From the NCBI GenBank assembly GCA_964016885.1, contig OZ024742.1:225060001-225124000 (forward strand): 64,000 bases of DNA, in the 5' to 3' direction. A program made the position numbers and the translations under genes. Positions 59,450 to 64,000 of this stretch are shown piece by piece. Each line of letters begins with the position of its first letter. Position 1 is the stretch's first letter. This stretch comes from Eledone cirrhosa. Its lineage: Eukaryota. A model generated the notes under the pieces. That model ran no database searches, had not been told where the DNA came from, and saw only the letters and a list, made by a program, of their open reading frames with translations.

Positions 59450-60350
59450 GTGGTTTATCCCACCTTCTTAACATTATATTGACAATGATCTTCACCAAAT
59501 GTGGGCAGTACTAGTAAGTACAATTTTTAAAATTTCTTTTATACAAGGTTTACCTGGCATGTGACCCAAGAGTTTGTCAGTTCCCTTGTTTATCAGGCCA
59601 GTGCTCCAATTATAATTAGAATAGTGGTGGCCTTCATACCCCACATTTTTTCAATCTCTATTTCAATATCCTTGTACTTTAAGATCTTTTCAAATATCTT
59701 GAAAGACACATTGCAATCACCAGGTACTGACATGTCTATCATGTAGCACATTTTGTTGTTTATATCTTTTATTATATCTGGTCTGTTCGATTTGATTGTC
59801 CTGTCAGTGTGTATTGTAAAATCCCACAGCATTATTACATTACCAATTTCAGTTACTGGGTCTGGATGATGTTGATACCAATACATCCGCTGGAAAATAT
59901 GTAAGTCCATAGGACTTACATATTTTCCACCGGATGTACTGCTCCATTTTGTCGTGGTGCTAAGTTGGTGCATACAGATATTAGGTGGTCGACAGTTTCA
60001 GTTTTTTTCTGTCACAGAACCGGATTTTGTGTCATTATGTTTTCCAATATGTTTGCCTGATAACGTTTTGTGCAGCCAGTATAAAACCTGTTTCGGCTTT
60101 CAGTTTTTAACTGCGCAGTCACTGATGGGTTTGGGCTTGCCTGATTCGAGTCAAGTATTGGCCGTGTAGAGGCTTATTTTGTCATTTTTTTCCTCATCTG
60201 CTCAAGAGTTACTTCCTTTGCTCTTGTTTTTGTAGCCTTTGCTGACACTGTTGGTGGAAGAGGAGTTTCTTGAGTCACATTGCACTTAGATTTATTTCGC
60301 GCCTATATTTGGTGCTTTTTTTTTTATCACAGAGTAAAGCTTTTTGCTGG
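59450..60350 (-). mobile_element. Degenerate R4/Dong-type LINE 3' fragment (RLE domain)
   Basis: LWDFTIHTDRTIKSNRPDII..IDMSVP..KILKYKD..IIIGAL. Confidence 0.8.
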
Positions 60351-60409
60351 ACCAACCGCATAGGGCCATCTAGATAGTATATAAATAGGTTTTTATTAGG
60401 TCAATAGAT

Positions 60410-61662
60410 AAAGATAGAATAGCCTGTCCACTTTTCAAAACGATTTCCTATACAGATCACAAGTTTGTGATCTGTATAGTCGACCTAGATAAGACACGCA
60501 GGTAAGGACCTGGTTACTGGAAGCTGAACATGTAGTTTCTGGCACGTAAGGCTTACAGGGACCAGGTCATCAATTTTCTTAAGCAAAAGTTGACGGGAAG
60601 AGGGGAGGTCGTCAACAACAGGTGGTGGGGGATCTCAAAATAGAGATTAAAGTAATTTCGGTAAGGTTTGGCAAAGAAGTAGCGTTAGAGAAAAATAGAA
60701 AGGACGAGGAAATGATAGTTAAATTAGACGAGGCTATTTGTAGTAGAATTGCAACTAACGTACTAGTGGCGAGAATGGCATTAGACCATTTCTTCAATAC
60801 GAAACACGAAGGGTGCATTGTCAGAGCTAAGGCGTGTGCTCTGAGAAAGGGGGGAAACAAAACTGTTTGATGGGCCGCATGACAGAGGAGGACTTTCGAG
60901 CCGGGGACGATGGATAACTTCCAGAAATCCATCACTCGGCAGTGCCCCTGGGGGGGCACTGCTGGTTCGAGATAAACTCTACAGGCACGGAAGTGCTGTC
61001 AGACGGACCTGCTCGAGATGCGCGCAGAACAACGAAGCCGTTATTCACGCACTCGTTCTGTGTCAGTGCATTACTGACTTGTGGTGTTTTTACAGCTGTT
61101 GTCGCGTACAGAACGGATCCGGCTATTGGTCGAGTCCATAGTGAAGGTCGACCCACCGCCTTCTTTTGGCCAGGAAGGGCAGGCAATTTTCCTCTGGCAG
61201 TAGCGAAAGAAGTTGTATGGTGGACCAGGTTGAAAAAACTGAAGCCAGACACTTTTCTCTTCGGCCAATCCCTCATCAACTTTTTCAAGTTTCACACGGA
61301 AAATAAGGTGAGGGGGGAGAGAGAAGTGCTGCCCCTCCGTACATTTGCTAAAAGGTGGGTGAATGTGGCGAGAATGGCCCGGGTGAGTGGGTCTACTCTG
61401 ACCATGCGCCTGTAGGCTGGTGAATTTGAGGAGGAGGAGGTGCCCTCTCCGGATGCCCTCGAAGAGTCGGGTAGTTCAGTATTGGTGGTGTACCTGAGTC
61501 CACCCTGGGTTGTTATCCACCCTATTGGGCAACTCTGTTGTTCGTATTTTTCTTGTTATTTTGTTATTGTTATTTATATTTTACTCTATTTTGTATAAAA
61601 CCCCCACAGTCCTTGTCTATTGTATTATCCCCTATATGTCGGTCCTGGTGGCCAATAAAGAA
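60410..61662 (+). mobile_element. Internally deleted Tx1-clade LINE (endonuclease end joined to the C-terminal region)
   Basis: TDHKFV, PGYWKLN, KHEGCIVRA, then a jump at ~60890 to FQKS..WWTRLK..RWVNVARM; ends aataaagaa followed by (ATT)n. Confidence 0.88.
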
Positions 61663-62039
61663 ATTATTATCATTACTATTATTGTTGTTGTTGTTGTTGT
61701 TTTTGTTGTTGTTATATTATTATTTATATGCATTGGCCAACACTATTTAAAAGTGAAATATAATCACAAAGAAATATAATTCTTTATCTATAAATATATT
61801 TCAATATATCGATTTTATTGTTTTTTCAGTCACCAATAGTGAAACATGGATTTCCTTTTATCTCCACTATCACTTTTTCTCACCCATTGCTATCGATTCA
61901 TTATACATGTTGTTGTTGCTGTTATTGTCACAGATCACATCTGTGCAAGTTTAGCTGGCCATAGTCCCATATGGTTGCATCACATATGAGGTTACCTTTG
62001 TGTTTTCATGATGGGGGTTATAGTCCCACTGCGTAAGAA

Positions 62040-63000
<961 letters not shown>

Positions 63001-63013
63001 TTTAATATAGGTG

Positions 63014-63064
63014 AGATTCTACAGGACTAGAACTGTTTCATTCTTTAGAAATCATCACGAATCT
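63014..63064 (-). ncRNA. Family C hammerhead motif with a C3G substitution (probably inactive)
   Basis: Minus: agattc GTGATGA tttctaaagaat GAAA cagttctagtcctg TA gaatct; otherwise matches 7116-7164. Confidence 0.65.
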
Positions 63065-63516
63065 GGCTGTCCAAAAAATATGTTGTGGTATTTATATCTT
63101 TTCAGGTGGTAGGAGAGGGTGGGGAGTGGGATGGGTGGAGGTCATTGGTTGAAAGAAAAGGGAATTCATTAAAAGCTAATTCTTTAAGGCTATAATTTAT
63201 ATTTAGAGTGACAAAGGCAGAAAGAATTCTATAAACAAGTTCAAATTGGGGTGCCACTCCTTATTTTTAAGTTTCTCTTAAGCTAACAATGCCTATATTT
63301 CAGGTGTCTATAAGATGGTTGGGGGTCGGTCATGGTTGATGGATTTAAAGAAAAGGGAAATTCTTTAAAAGCTAATTCTTTAAGGTTCTACTTAGAGTGA
63401 CAAAGGCCAAGAGAATTATATAAATCAGTTCAAAATATCGGGTGCCTATCATTATTGTCATATGTATATATATATATATTTATATATGTATATATATATA
63501 TATATATGTGTATATA

Positions 63517-63577
<61 letters not shown>

Positions 63578-63664
63578 TTGTGTATGTGTATTTATGTATT
63601 TTGTATATGTGTATATCTATAGATGTGTTTGTATATGTTTGTATATACATATGTACATATGTAC

Positions 63665-63779
<115 letters not shown>

Positions 63780-64000
63780 TGTTGACACCTGGAATATAGC
63801 TTAAGAGAAACATGACAATAATGATAGGCACCCGATATTTTGAACTGGTTTATAGAATTCTCTTGGCCTTTGTCTCTCTAAGTAGAGCTTTAACGAATTT
63901 GCTTTTAAAGAATTTCCCTTTTCTTTAAATCCATCAACCATGACCGACCCCCAACCATCTTATAGACACCTGAAATATAGGCATTGTTAGCTTAAGAGAA

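Overview
AT-rich eukaryotic, repeat-dominated window. The SINE types and extreme (TA)n/(CA)n/(CATA)n load suggest an octopus/coleoid genome (inference). No host gene exon could be supported, and almost all listed ORFs are microsatellite artefacts. Real coding relics are all retrotransposons: two Penelope-like elements (RT + CxxxxCxxC linker + GIY-YIG, Neptune-type), four L1/Tx1-clade LINE copies, R4/Dong-type restriction-like-endonuclease LINE fragments and RTE fragments. There are also many tRNA-derived SINEs, hAT and pogo-like MITEs and a Helitron-like element. The main hidden signal is a dense set of type I hammerhead ribozyme (HHR) motifs found by eye: 11 with intact cores plus about 8 variant, degenerate or half copies, from several distinct sequence families. 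They sit in short non-coding cassettes embedded in (TA)n tracts, usually as fold-back or inverted-repeat structures, which suggests a non-autonomous Penelope-dependent, retrozyme-like system. All folds were paired manually and none has been tested.
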